Source of the DNA: an uncultured Gemmatimonadales bacterium
GTDB lineage: Bacteria; Gemmatimonadota; Gemmatimonadetes; Gemmatimonadales; Gemmatimonadaceae
Reading direction: 5' to 3'
Assembly (NCBI GenBank): GCA_963851265.1
Contig: CAWKNZ010000007.1
Span: 608,001 to 672,000, forward strand
DNA: 64,000 bases
In this document: positions 30,634 through 40,573 of the stretch, in pieces
Layout of the letters: each line of letters starts with the position of its first letter
Position numbering within the stretch: the stretch's first letter is position 1
Translations under genes and position numbers: made by a program
The notes under the pieces: model-generated
Seen by the model: only the letters and a program-made list of their open reading frames with translations
What the model was told of the DNA's origin: nothing
Databases searched by the model: none

Positions 30634-31721
30634 GCCGCACCCCCGGCGATCTCACGACCGGCGCCGCGAACGGGTCGCGGCCGCGCCTCGGCTTCCTCGG
30701 CACGGGGTGGATCGGGCGCAACCGGCTGGAGGCGATCGCGGGCGACGGCGCGGCAGTGATCGCCGCGGTGAGCGACCCATCGGCCGAGGCCGCCGCGCAG
30801 GCCGCCGCCGTCGCGCCGGGCGCGGTGGTGGTGGATTCGCTCGACGCGCTGCTCGACGCGGGGATCGACGGGCTCGTGATCGCGACGCCGAGCGCGCTGC
30901 ACGCGCAGCAGGCCGTGGCCGCGCTCGAGCGCGGCGTGGCGGTGTTCTGCCAGAAGCCGCTCGCCCGCACCGCGGCCGAAACGCGGCGCGTCGTGCGCGC
31001 GGCGCGGGCGGCGGACCGGCTGCTCGGCGTCGACCTCTCGTACCGCGAGACGGCCGCGATGCGGGCGGTGCGCGGGGTGATCGACGGCGGCGAGATCGGG
31101 CGGGTCTACGCGGTCGACCTCACCTTCCACAACGCGTACGGGCCCGACAAGGGGTGGTTCTACGACCCGCGGCTCTCGGGCGGCGGGTGCGTGATCGACC
31201 TCGGCATCCACCTCGTCGACCTCGCGCTGTGGACGTTGGGCTGGCCGGCCGTGCGCGGCGCGTCGGCGCGGCTCTTCAGCAAGGGGGCGCCGCTCGCGGA
31301 CGCTTCGCGGGCAGTCGAAGACTACGCGGTGGCGACGCTCGACCTCGCGGGGCCGGACGGTGCGCCCGTCGCGGTTCGGCTCGCCTGCTCGTGGCACCTG
31401 AGCGCGGGGCGGGACGCGGTGATCGAGGCCGCGTTCTACGGCGAGCGCGGCGGCGCGGCGATGCGGAACGTGGGCGGGAGCTTCTACGATTTCATCGCCG
31501 AGCGTTACGAAGGCACGCGCCGCGACGTGCTCGCGGAGCCGCCGGACGCGTGGGGCGGGCGGGCGGCGGTGCTGTGGGCGCGGCGGCTCGCGGAAGGCGC
31601 GCGCTTCGACCCGGAGGCCGAGCGCCTCGTGGAGGTCGCGGCGGCGTTGGACGCGGTGTACGGGCGGGCCCCCGAGGCGGAGGGCGGCGCTGAAGTTGGC
31701 GCGGCGGTGGGGATTCACTGA
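30630..31721 (+). CDS. Gfo/Idh/MocA family oxidoreductase
   Basis: GTGWIG, IATPSALH, CQKPL, GGGCVIDLGIH. Confidence 0.9.
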   Translation: MSRTPGDLTTGAANGSRPRLGFLGTGWIGRNRLEAIAGDGAAVIAAVSDPSAEAAAQAAAVAPGAVVVDSLDALLDAGIDGLVIATPSALHAQQAVAALERGVAVFCQKPLARTAAETRRVVRAARAADRLLGVDLSYRETAAMRAVRGVIDGGEIGRVYAVDLTFHNAYGPDKGWFYDPRLSGGGCVIDLGIHLVDLALWTLGWPAVRGASARLFSKGAPLADASRAVEDYAVATLDLAGPDGAPVAVRLACSWHLSAGRDAVIEAAFYGERGGAAMRNVGGSFYDFIAERYEGTRRDVLAEPPDAWGGRAAVLWARRLAEGARFDPEAERLVEVAAALDAVYGRAPEAEGGAEVGAAVGIH

Positions 31722-31808
31722 TGGGCGCCGCGGGTCAGCGCGTCGCAGCATGCCGGGCGCCCGCGAAGCGGTCGCGCGCGGCCGCACCACGCCGGATCGC
31801 GTAACCCC

Positions 31809-32906
31809 GTGCGCCTCCTCCTCACCGCCGACGCCGTGGGCGGCGTGTGGCCCTACGCGCTCGAACTCGCCCGCGCGCTCGCCCCGCGCGGGGTCGAGGC
31901 GCACGTGGCCGTGATGGGGCCGCCGCCTAACGCCGAGCGGCGGGCGGACGCCGCGCAAGCTGGCGTCGCGCTGCACGCGGGCGAGTTCGCGCTGGAGTGG
32001 ATGGACGCGCCGTGGGACGACGTGGGGCGCGCGGGCGAGTGGCTGCTCGGTCTGGAGCGCGCGCTCGCTCCGGACGTGGTGCAGGTGAACGGCTACGCGC
32101 ACGGCGCCGTGCCGTGGCGCGCACCGTCCGTGGTGGTGGCGCACTCGGACGTGTGCTCGTGGTGGGCGGCGGTGCGGGGGGAGGCCGCGCCCGCGTCGTG
32201 GGACCGGTACCGCGCGGCCGTCACGGCGGGGCTGGCCGGGGCGGGGGCGGTGGTCGCGCCGACGCGCGCCGTCGCCCGGGACCTCGCGCGGCATTACGGC
32301 TTCGCGGTGGATCGGGTGCGGGTGGTCCCCAACGCGCGCCGCGCGGACGCGTACCCGCCGGTGGCCGCGAAGGAGCCGTTCGTGCTCGCCGCGGGGCGGC
32401 TGTGGGACGAGGCGAAGAACGTGGCCGCCCTCGCCCGCGTCGCCGCCGGGCTGCCCTGGCCGGTCTACCTGGCCGGCGACGCGGCGAGCCCGGACGGGCG
32501 CGCGGCGGGCTGGGACGCCGCGGCCGTGCGGCCGTTAGGCACGCTCGCGCCGGGCGCGCTGGCGGCGTGGATGGGTCGTGCGGCCGTCTACGCGCTGCCG
32601 GCGCGCTACGAGCCGTTCGGGCTCTCGGCGCTCGAGGCCGGGCTGGCGGGGTGCGCCCTCGTGTTGGGCGACGTTCCGAGCCTGCGCGAGGTGTGGGGCG
32701 ACGCGGCGACCTACGTCGCGCCGGACGACGACGCGGGGCTCGTCGCCGCGCTGCGCACGCTCGCTGCGGACGACGCGGGCCGCGCCGCGCGCGGGGCGCG
32801 CGCGCGACGCCGCGCCCTCACCTTCCCCCCGGAACGCATGGCCGACGGGTACCTCGCCGCGTACGCCGCGGCCGCCCGCGCGGGGACGGCCGTCGAGGCG
32901 GCGTGA
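31809..32906 (+). CDS. Glycosyltransferase family 4
   Basis: DAVGGVW, GRLWDEAKN, EPFGLSALEA. Confidence 0.9.
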   Translation: MRLLLTADAVGGVWPYALELARALAPRGVEAHVAVMGPPPNAERRADAAQAGVALHAGEFALEWMDAPWDDVGRAGEWLLGLERALAPDVVQVNGYAHGAVPWRAPSVVVAHSDVCSWWAAVRGEAAPASWDRYRAAVTAGLAGAGAVVAPTRAVARDLARHYGFAVDRVRVVPNARRADAYPPVAAKEPFVLAAGRLWDEAKNVAALARVAAGLPWPVYLAGDAASPDGRAAGWDAAAVRPLGTLAPGALAAWMGRAAVYALPARYEPFGLSALEAGLAGCALVLGDVPSLREVWGDAATYVAPDDDAGLVAALRTLAADDAGRAARGARARRRALTFPPERMADGYLAAYAAAARAGTAVEAA

Positions 32907-34018
32907 TGCGGATCGTCATCTTCTGCCACTCGCTCGCCTCCGACTGGAACCACGGGAACGCGCACTTCCTGCGCGGCACCGCGCGCGAGCTGCAGGCGCG
33001 CGGCCACGACGTGCGCGTGTGGGAGCCGGCCGGCGCGTGGAGCGCGAGCAACCTCGCCGCCGAGTACGGCGCGGCCGCGCTCGAGGGGTGGCTCGCCGCG
33101 TACCCGGCGCTCGCGCGCGTGCGGCACGTGTACGACCCTGCGCGCCTCGACGCGGCGCTCGACGAGGCGCTCGACGGCGCGGACCTCGTGCTGGTGCACG
33201 AGTGGAGCGAGCACGCGCTCGTCGCCGCGGTCGGCGCGCGGCGCGCGGCGGGCAGCGGGCGATTCCGCCTTCTCTTCCACGACACGCACCACCGCTCGGT
33301 GACCGAGCCGGAGTCGATGCGCGCGTACGACCTGCGCGCGTACGACGGCGTGCTCGCCTTCGGCGAGGCGGTGCGGCAGGTCTACCTGACCAACGGCTGG
33401 GCCGCGCGCGCGTGGACGTGGCACGAGGCGGCGGACGTCGAGGTGTTCCGCCCGCGCCCGGGCGAGCGGCGCGCCGGCGACCTCGTGTGGGTCGGCAACT
33501 GGGGGGACGAGGAGCGCACCGAGGAGTTGCGCGAGTTCCTGTTAGGCCCGGTGCACGACCTGGGGCTCAGGGCGCGCGTGCACGGCGTGCGATACCCCGA
33601 GTACGCGCGGCGGGAGCTCGCAGCCGCGGGAATCGACTACGAGGGCTGGCTCCCCAACTACGAGGCGCCGCGCGTCTTCGCGCGCTACGGCGTGACGGTG
33701 CACGTGCCGCGGCGCCCGTACGTGCGCGCGCTCCCGGGCGTCCCGACCATCCGCGTGTTCGAGGCGCTCGCGTGCGGCATTCCGCTCGTGAGCGCGCCGT
33801 GGGACGACACCGAGGGGCTGTTCACGCCCGGCGAGGACTTCCTCGTTGCGCGCGACGGCGCCGAGATGCGCGGGCGGCTCCGCGACGTGCTCGGCGACCC
33901 GGCGCTCGCGCGGGCGCTGGCCGAGCGCGGCCGGGCGACGATCCTCGCGCGCCACACCTGCGGCCACCGCGCGGAGGAGTTGCTCGCCGTCGCCCGCGCG
34001 TTAGGAATCTCGCCATGA
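32906..34018 (+). CDS. CgeB-like glycosyltransferase
   Basis: SDWNHGNAHFLRG, HDTHHR, WHEAAD, GNWGD, TIRVFEALACG, RHT. Confidence 0.88.
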   Translation: MRIVIFCHSLASDWNHGNAHFLRGTARELQARGHDVRVWEPAGAWSASNLAAEYGAAALEGWLAAYPALARVRHVYDPARLDAALDEALDGADLVLVHEWSEHALVAAVGARRAAGSGRFRLLFHDTHHRSVTEPESMRAYDLRAYDGVLAFGEAVRQVYLTNGWAARAWTWHEAADVEVFRPRPGERRAGDLVWVGNWGDEERTEELREFLLGPVHDLGLRARVHGVRYPEYARRELAAAGIDYEGWLPNYEAPRVFARYGVTVHVPRRPYVRALPGVPTIRVFEALACGIPLVSAPWDDTEGLFTPGEDFLVARDGAEMRGRLRDVLGDPALARALAERGRATILARHTCGHRAEELLAVARALGISP

Positions 34019-35091
34019 ACATCGCCTTCTTCGGCTCGTCGATCGTCTCCGCGTACTGGAACGGCGCGGCCACCTACTACCGCGGCATCGTGCGCGCGCT
34101 GCACGACCGCGGACACCGGGTCACGTTCTACGAGCCCGACGCGTACCAGCGGCAGCAGCACCGCGACATCGCCGACCCCGACTACGCGACCGTGGTCGTC
34201 TACCCGGGCGAGGGCGAGGACGGCGTGCACGGAGTGCTCGAACGCGCGCGGTCGGCCGACCTCGTGGTCAAGGCGAGCGGCGTGGGCGTGTTCGACGCGC
34301 TGCTGGAGCGCGAGGTGGCGCGGCTCCGTGCGCCCGGACGGCTCGTCGCCTTCTGGGACGTCGACGCGCCCGCGACGCTGCAGCGCGTGCACGAGGCGGG
34401 CGCCGGCCCCGGCGCGGACCCGTTCCGCGCGCTCGTGCCAGACTACGACCTCGTGCTGACGTACGGCGGCGGCGACCCGGTCGTCGCCGCGTACGCGGCG
34501 TTGGGCGCGCGGCGCTGCGTCCCGATCTACAACGCGCTCGACCCCGAAACGCACCACCCCGTGCCGCCCGAGGAGCGGTTCCGCTCCGACTGCGTGCTGC
34601 TCGCCAACCGGCTGCCCGACCGCGAGGCGCGCATCGACGAGTTCTTCTTCCGCGCGGCGGAATCCGCGCGGGGGCGCCGCTTCCTGCTCGGCGGCAACGG
34701 CTGGCACGACCGCGCGCTGCCGCCCAACGTCGCGGCACTCGGCCACGTCTACACCGGCGACCACAACGCGGTCAACTGCTCCACGCTCGCCGTGCTCAAC
34801 GTGCACCGCGACAGCATGGTCGCCAACGGCTGGTCGCCGGCGACGCGGCTGTTCGAGGCGGCGGGGGCGGGGGCCTGCCAGATCACCGACGCGTGGCGCG
34901 GGATCGAGGAGTTCCTCGAGCCCGGGCGCGAGGTGCTCGTGGCGGACGACGGCGCGGCGGTGGCGGCGCACGTCGACGCGCTCACCCCCGATCGGGCGCG
35001 CACGATCGGCGAGGCGGCGCTCCGCCGCGTGCTGGCGCACCACACGTACGCGCACCGCGCCGCGCAGGTCGAGGCCGTACTCTGCGGATGA
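34015..35091 (+). CDS. CgeB-like glycosyltransferase
   Basis: SAYWNGAATYYRG, FWDVDAP, YNALDP, NRLPDRE, ATRLFEAAG, HHTY. Confidence 0.88.
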   Translation: MNIAFFGSSIVSAYWNGAATYYRGIVRALHDRGHRVTFYEPDAYQRQQHRDIADPDYATVVVYPGEGEDGVHGVLERARSADLVVKASGVGVFDALLEREVARLRAPGRLVAFWDVDAPATLQRVHEAGAGPGADPFRALVPDYDLVLTYGGGDPVVAAYAALGARRCVPIYNALDPETHHPVPPEERFRSDCVLLANRLPDREARIDEFFFRAAESARGRRFLLGGNGWHDRALPPNVAALGHVYTGDHNAVNCSTLAVLNVHRDSMVANGWSPATRLFEAAGAGACQITDAWRGIEEFLEPGREVLVADDGAAVAAHVDALTPDRARTIGEAALRRVLAHHTYAHRAAQVEAVLCG

Positions 35092-35101
35092 GTGGTCGCA
35101 C

Positions 35102-36178
35102 ATGAACGTGGTCTTCCTCGGCCTGTCGATCACGTCGTCGTGGGGCAACGGCCACGCGACGACGTACCGCGGCCTCGTGCGCGAGCTGGCCGCGCGCGGG
35201 CACCGCGTCACGTTCCTCGAGCGGGACGTGCTGTGGTACCGCGACAACCGCGACATGCCCAACCCGGCCGGGTGCACCACGCTGCTTTACGCCTCGCTCG
35301 ACGAGCTGCGCGCGGAGCACGCCGAGCGCGTGCGCGACGCGGACGTGGTGGTCGTCGGCTCGTACGTACCCGAGGGGGTCGCGGTGGGCGAGTGGGCGGT
35401 GGCCACCGCGCGCGGGCTCGTCGGGTTCTACGACATCGACACGCCGGTCACGCTCGCCAAGCTCGCGCGCGGCGACCACGAGTACCTCACGCCCGCGCTC
35501 GTCGCACGCTACGGGCTCTACCTGTCGTTCACCGGCGGGCCCACGCTGCGGCGGATCGAGCGCGAGTTCGGCTCGCCGATGGCGCGCGCACTCTACTGCT
35601 CGGTCGACCCTGCGCTCTACTTCCCCGACCCGGGCGCCGAGCTGCGCTACGACCTCGGCTATATGGGTACCTACAGCGACGACCGGCAGCCAACGCTCGA
35701 CCGGCTGCTCGTGGAGCCCGCGCGCGCGTGGGGCGGCGGGCGATTCGTCGTCGCGGGACCGCAGTACCCCGCGTCGATCGCGTGGCCGCCCAACGTCGAG
35801 CGGACGACGCACCTCGCCCCGCGCGAGCACCGCGCGTTCTACTGCGCGCAGCGGTTCACGCTCAACGTGACGCGCGCGGACATGATCGCCGCGGGGTGGA
35901 GCCCCAGCGTGCGCCTGTTCGAGGCCGCCGCGTGCGCGACGCCGATCGTGAGCGACGCGTGGGCGGGGCTCGACGAGGTGCTCGCGCCGGGGCGGGAGAT
36001 CGTCGTCGCCGACGGGACCGACGACGTGCTCCGCGTGCTGCGCGGGATGGGCGACGCCGAGCGGCGAGCGCTGGGCGAGGCGGCCCGGGCGCGCGTGCTC
36101 GCGTCGCACACGGCGGCGCACCGAGCGGCGGAGTTCGAAGGGTACGCGCGCGAGGCGATGGCCGTGCTAGGTTCGTAG
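35102..36178 (+). CDS. CgeB-like glycosyltransferase
   Basis: SSWGNGHATTYR, FYDIDTP, YCSVDP, GTYSDDR, SVRLFEAAAC, SHT. Paralog of 24472..25614. Confidence 0.88.
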   Translation: MNVVFLGLSITSSWGNGHATTYRGLVRELAARGHRVTFLERDVLWYRDNRDMPNPAGCTTLLYASLDELRAEHAERVRDADVVVVGSYVPEGVAVGEWAVATARGLVGFYDIDTPVTLAKLARGDHEYLTPALVARYGLYLSFTGGPTLRRIEREFGSPMARALYCSVDPALYFPDPGAELRYDLGYMGTYSDDRQPTLDRLLVEPARAWGGGRFVVAGPQYPASIAWPPNVERTTHLAPREHRAFYCAQRFTLNVTRADMIAAGWSPSVRLFEAAACATPIVSDAWAGLDEVLAPGREIVVADGTDDVLRVLRGMGDAERRALGEAARARVLASHTAAHRAAEFEGYAREAMAVLGS

Positions 36179-36180
36179 CG

Positions 36181-37026
36181 ATGACCCGCCTTCTCCAGCA
36201 GCACGCGTCCGCCGGTTCTGCGGAGCGCGAGGCCGAGATCCTCGCGCTCGGGCCGTGGTTCCACAACCTGCACCTGCCCGACGGCGCGCAGACCGCGCCC
36301 GGCCACGCGTTAGGCGACTTCCCGCGCTTCAAGTGGCTGGAGCTCGCGCCGCACCTGCCCGACGACCTGACGGGCTGGACCGCGCTCGACATCGGCTGCA
36401 ACGCGGGCTTCTACGCCTTCGAGCTGGCCAAGCGCGGCGCGCGCGTCACCGGGATCGACGTCGAGCCGCTCTTCCTCCGCCAGGCCGAATGGGCGGCGCG
36501 CGAGTACGGGCTCACCGACCGCGTCGAGTTCCGGCGGCAGGCCGTCTACGACCTCGCGCAGACCGACGGGCAGTTCGACCTCGTCCTGTTCATGGGGGTG
36601 CTCTACCATCTGCGCTACCCGATGCTCGGCCTGGACCTCGTGACCGAGAAGGTGCGGCGCCTGATGGTGTTCCAGACGCTCACCGCGCCGGGAATGGAGG
36701 TGCACCCCGACACGGCGCGCGACCGCGACGTGCTGGAGCGCGACGACTTCTCCGCGGCGGGGTGGCCCAAGCTGTCGTTCATCGAGCACCCCTTCGCGGG
36801 CGACGAGACCAACTGGTGGGCGCCGAACCACGCGGGCGTGGAGGCCATGCTGCGCGCGAGCGGCATGCGCGTGACCGCGCGCCCCGGGCACGAGATTTAC
36901 TTCTGCGAGCCGGACGCCCGGGCCGACGCGTGGCCGCGCGGCCGCGGGCGCGCGGAGCTACTCTCAGCGACGGGGCGCGCGTGGCAGGCGGAGGCCGACC
37001 GGCGCGACGCCGGGACCGACAGCTGA
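36181..37026 (+). CDS. Class I SAM-dependent methyltransferase (TIGR04290-like)
   Basis: PWFHNLHL, LDIGCNAG, FMGVLYHLRYP, TNWWAPN. Confidence 0.85.
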   Translation: MTRLLQQHASAGSAEREAEILALGPWFHNLHLPDGAQTAPGHALGDFPRFKWLELAPHLPDDLTGWTALDIGCNAGFYAFELAKRGARVTGIDVEPLFLRQAEWAAREYGLTDRVEFRRQAVYDLAQTDGQFDLVLFMGVLYHLRYPMLGLDLVTEKVRRLMVFQTLTAPGMEVHPDTARDRDVLERDDFSAAGWPKLSFIEHPFAGDETNWWAPNHAGVEAMLRASGMRVTARPGHEIYFCEPDARADAWPRGRGRAELLSATGRAWQAEADRRDAGTDS

Positions 37027-37066
37027 CCGCGGCCACGCCGCGTTCGACAGGCATGCAGGGGAGGGG

Positions 37067-38965
37067 ATGACGATGATCGTGTACCGTTCCGCAACGCGTC
37101 GCGAGGCGCCGGAAGAGATGACCGAAGCGCTCGTCGACGCGGCCGCCGCCGTCGCGCGAGCGGCCGACGCGCCGGGCCCGGAGGCGCCGGGCCGGGAGGC
37201 GCCGGAGCCGGACGCGACGGGCCCGACCGCGACCGGCCCGACCGCGACGGCCCGGCGCGATCCGGTGGACTGGTGGACCGAGCGCCTCATCGAGGCCGGC
37301 GAGTTGGAGGCCGCGGTGCTCGACGCGCTGCATGCGGACGAGGACGCCGCGACGCCCGCCGCCGCGCCGCTCCGGCGGCTGACCCGCGCCGCCGCGCGCG
37401 GGCTGGCCGTCGCGCACGCCGCCGAGCGCGCCCCGGCGCGCGGCGTCGACGCGGGCCCGTCGCTCGCCCGCGCGCACGCCGCCCTCGCGGCCGCGGCGCA
37501 CGTGGCGGCCGTCGCGGTGCGCGACGCGGCCGCGGCGCTGCCGGGCGACGTGAGCGTCGGCGTGCCCGAGGGCTACGCCTACTACGGTCTCTACCCCGAG
37601 ACGTACGCGGCCGCGGCGCGGGAGTTCGCCACGCGCGTGGGGCCGCCGCGCGCGCTCGTCGTCGGGATCCGCGGCATCGGCACCGGGCTCGCCGCCGTCG
37701 TCGCCGACACGCTCGGCCGGCGCGGCGTCGACGTGCAGAGCGTGTCGGTCCGCCCGCGCGGCCACCCGTTCGACCGCACGCTCGCCCTCGACGCCGCGCT
37801 CGACGCGCTCCTGCGCGAGTACGCGACGCGCCCCGGCGCGTGGGTCGCGGTCGTCGACGAGGGGCCGGGCCTCAGCGGGTCGTCGCTCGCCGGCACCGCC
37901 GCGGCGCTCGCGGCGCGCGGGTTCGACGACGCGCGCATCGTGCTCTTCCCGAGCTGGGACACCGACGGCACCGGTCTGGTCAGCGACGCGGCGCGCGCGC
38001 GGTGGCCCCGCCACCGCCGGTTCGTCGCGAGCTTCGACGACGTGGTGATGGGGCGCGGCGGCCCGCGCTGGCCAGAGCACGGCGACGGTCCGCTCGAGAA
38101 CGTGGGCGGCGGGGCGTGGCGCGACCGGCACTGGGCGGCCGACCACCCCGACCGCCCCGCGATCCACCCGCATCACGAGTCGCGCAAGTACCGGCATGCG
38201 GCGCCCGACGGCGAGGACGCGCCGGTGTGGCACACGTTCGCCGGCCTCGGGCGGTACGGCCGCGCGCGAATGGCGATGGCCGAGCGGCTGGCCGCGGCCG
38301 GCTTCGGACCGCGCGTGCTCGGGTTGCGGCGCGGCTTCCTCGCCACCGCCGAGCACGCGGGGCGGCCGCTCGGGAGGCAGGACGCGTCGCCCGAGGTGCT
38401 CGACGCAATGGCGCGCTACCTCGCCTGGCGCCGGCGCGAGCTGCCGGGCACGCGCACGGTCTCGCTCGACGCGCTGCGCGAGATGGTCGGCCACAACGTG
38501 CGCCTCGCGCTCGGCGACGCGCTGGCCGACCGCGCGCTCGGCGTCGCGCGCGTCACGCCGGCGATCGAAGCGGCGCCGGTGGTGGCGATCGACGGCCGCA
38601 TGCAGCCGCACGAGTGGGTGCGCGGGCCTGCGGGACTCGTCAAGACCGACGGTCACGCGCACGGCGACGACCACTTCCTCCCCGGCGCGCAGGACGTGGC
38701 GTGGGACGTGGCCGGCGCGTGCGTCGAGTGGGAGCTCGCGCCCGAGGCGCGCGCGCGCTTCGTCGACGCGTACGCGGGGGCGGCGGACGACGCGGGCATC
38801 CGCGACCGGCTGCCGTTCCACGAGGTGGCCTACCTCGCCTTCCGGCTCGGCTACGCGACGCTCGGCGCGCAGGGACTCGGCGACCACGCCGACGCGGCGG
38901 GGCTGCGCGCGGCGGGCGGCCGCTACGCGGAGCGCCTGCGCGCGCTCCTGGCCGACCCCGCCTAA
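37067..38965 (+). CDS. Conserved-looking hypothetical: PRTase-like middle region plus APH/kinase-like C-terminus
   Basis: PEGYAYYGLYPE, GIRGIGT, VAVVDEGPGLSGSS, AIDGRMQPHEW, LVKTD, QDVAWDVAG. Confidence 0.7.
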   Translation: MTMIVYRSATRREAPEEMTEALVDAAAAVARAADAPGPEAPGREAPEPDATGPTATGPTATARRDPVDWWTERLIEAGELEAAVLDALHADEDAATPAAAPLRRLTRAAARGLAVAHAAERAPARGVDAGPSLARAHAALAAAAHVAAVAVRDAAAALPGDVSVGVPEGYAYYGLYPETYAAAAREFATRVGPPRALVVGIRGIGTGLAAVVADTLGRRGVDVQSVSVRPRGHPFDRTLALDAALDALLREYATRPGAWVAVVDEGPGLSGSSLAGTAAALAARGFDDARIVLFPSWDTDGTGLVSDAARARWPRHRRFVASFDDVVMGRGGPRWPEHGDGPLENVGGGAWRDRHWAADHPDRPAIHPHHESRKYRHAAPDGEDAPVWHTFAGLGRYGRARMAMAERLAAAGFGPRVLGLRRGFLATAEHAGRPLGRQDASPEVLDAMARYLAWRRRELPGTRTVSLDALREMVGHNVRLALGDALADRALGVARVTPAIEAAPVVAIDGRMQPHEWVRGPAGLVKTDGHAHGDDHFLPGAQDVAWDVAGACVEWELAPEARARFVDAYAGAADDAGIRDRLPFHEVAYLAFRLGYATLGAQGLGDHADAAGLRAAGGRYAERLRALLADPA

Positions 38966-38974
38966 CACGCCGCC

Positions 38975-39580
38975 GTGCGCGGACGGGGGCGCCCGGTCGA
39001 CTGGCGCGCGTGGCGGCTCGTGGTCTTCGACGCCGACGACACGCTGCGCACGACGCTCGTCGCCGGACAGCCGTGCCCGCGCGCGCCGGGCGAGTGGGCG
39101 CTGCTGCCGGGCGTGCGGGAGGCCCTCGGCGGCGTCCCGTGGGGAGCGTCCGGCGCGCCCGCGCTCGCGGTCGCGTCCAACCAGGACCAGGTCGCGTACG
39201 GGCACCTCACCGAGGGCGCGTCGCGGCGCCTGCTGGGCGACGCGGCCGAGGCGGCGAGCGGGTACCGGCCGCCCGACGCGCTCCTGCTGCTCTGTCCGCA
39301 CGCCCTCGGCGTGCGGTGCGACTGCCGCAAGCCCGCCCCCGGGATGCTGCACGCGGCGATGCGGTACGCCGGCGCGGCCCCGCACGAAACGCTGTTCGTC
39401 GGCAACGCCGAGAGCGACGCCGCGGCCGCGCGTGCCGCCGGGACGGCGTTCGCGTGGGCGTGGGACGCGTTCGGGTGGGGCGATCCCATCACCGCCGGGC
39501 TCTCGACCGACAGGCCCCTCGCTCCGCTCGGGACGACATCGTCGCCAGCTCCCGCCCACCACCCCGCTCCGCCACGATGA
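38975..39580 (+). CDS. HAD-IIIA phosphatase (GmhB-like)
   Basis: FDADDTL, ASNQ, CPH...CDCRKPAPGML, VGNAESD. Confidence 0.82.
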   Translation: MRGRGRPVDWRAWRLVVFDADDTLRTTLVAGQPCPRAPGEWALLPGVREALGGVPWGASGAPALAVASNQDQVAYGHLTEGASRRLLGDAAEAASGYRPPDALLLLCPHALGVRCDCRKPAPGMLHAAMRYAGAAPHETLFVGNAESDAAAARAAGTAFAWAWDAFGWGDPITAGLSTDRPLAPLGTTSSPAPAHHPAPPR

Positions 39581-40563
39581 TCGAAGCCGTCAAGCTCTGG
39601 AACGAGCCCAACAATCAGTCCCACTGGGACTTCCACATCGACCCGCGCTGGGAGCGCTTCTCCGAGATGGCCGGCGGTGCGGCGCGGCGCATCAAGGCGC
39701 TCGCCCCGGAGCTGCCGATCGTGTTGGGCGGCATGTCGCCCATCGACGCGAGCTGGCTGCGCCTCGTGGGGAGCCACGGTCTGCTCGACCTCGTCGACGT
39801 CGTCGCCGTTCACGGCTTCCCGCTCGACTGGAACCACTGGAACATCAATCAGTGGCCCGACAAGATCGCCGAGATCGAGCGCGAGACGTCGAAGCCGGTG
39901 TGGGTGACCGAGGTGGGGGTGTCGACGTTCGGCGCCGACGAGGTGCAGGAGTTCGGGCTTCGGCGCACCACCGAGCTGCTGGCCGACCGCGTGCCGCGCG
40001 CGTTCTGGTACTCGCTGCTCGACCTGCCGCCGACGTGGGAGGCCACCACGCGCCACCGCGAGAGCGAGGGGAGCGCGTACTACCGGCACTTCTACATGGG
40101 GCTCATCCGCGACGACCGAACCTTCAAGCCGTCGGCGGCGCACTTCGACCCGCGGTTAGGCATCTGCCAGTGGTTCCACTACGAGGACCACCGGCTCGAC
40201 TTCGCCGTCGGCGCGCTCAAGCAGCTCGGCGTGAAGAAGCTGCGCACCGGCCTGTCCTGGGCCGACTGGCACCGCCCCAACGCCCTCGCCTGGTTCGACC
40301 GGCAGATGGAGGCACTCGCCGACTTCGACGTCACGGTCACGCTCTGCTTCACGCCGCCGTCGCGCGGCATCAAGGAGCACCACACGAGCCCCCCGCGCGA
40401 GCCCGCCGAGTTCGGCGACTTCGCCGAGGCCATGGTGCGGCGCTACGTGCTCGGCCAGCGCGACGCCGGGGCGGTCGGCGCGCCCGTCGTGGCGGACGCG
40501 GAGGGCCCGGCGGGGGCGGAGACGCTGCTCGTGAGTCGCGACGTGGTGGAGGCGGCGCCGTGA
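39577..40563 (+). CDS. Clan GH-A glycoside hydrolase (beta-xylosidase-like), circularly permuted
   Basis: WNEP at residues 8-11, VAVHGF, WVTEVG. The LGVKKLRTGLSW strand is near the C-terminus. Confidence 0.8.
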   Translation: MIEAVKLWNEPNNQSHWDFHIDPRWERFSEMAGGAARRIKALAPELPIVLGGMSPIDASWLRLVGSHGLLDLVDVVAVHGFPLDWNHWNINQWPDKIAEIERETSKPVWVTEVGVSTFGADEVQEFGLRRTTELLADRVPRAFWYSLLDLPPTWEATTRHRESEGSAYYRHFYMGLIRDDRTFKPSAAHFDPRLGICQWFHYEDHRLDFAVGALKQLGVKKLRTGLSWADWHRPNALAWFDRQMEALADFDVTVTLCFTPPSRGIKEHHTSPPREPAEFGDFAEAMVRRYVLGQRDAGAVGAPVVADAEGPAGAETLLVSRDVVEAAP

Positions 40564-40573
40564 GCGGGGGAGC

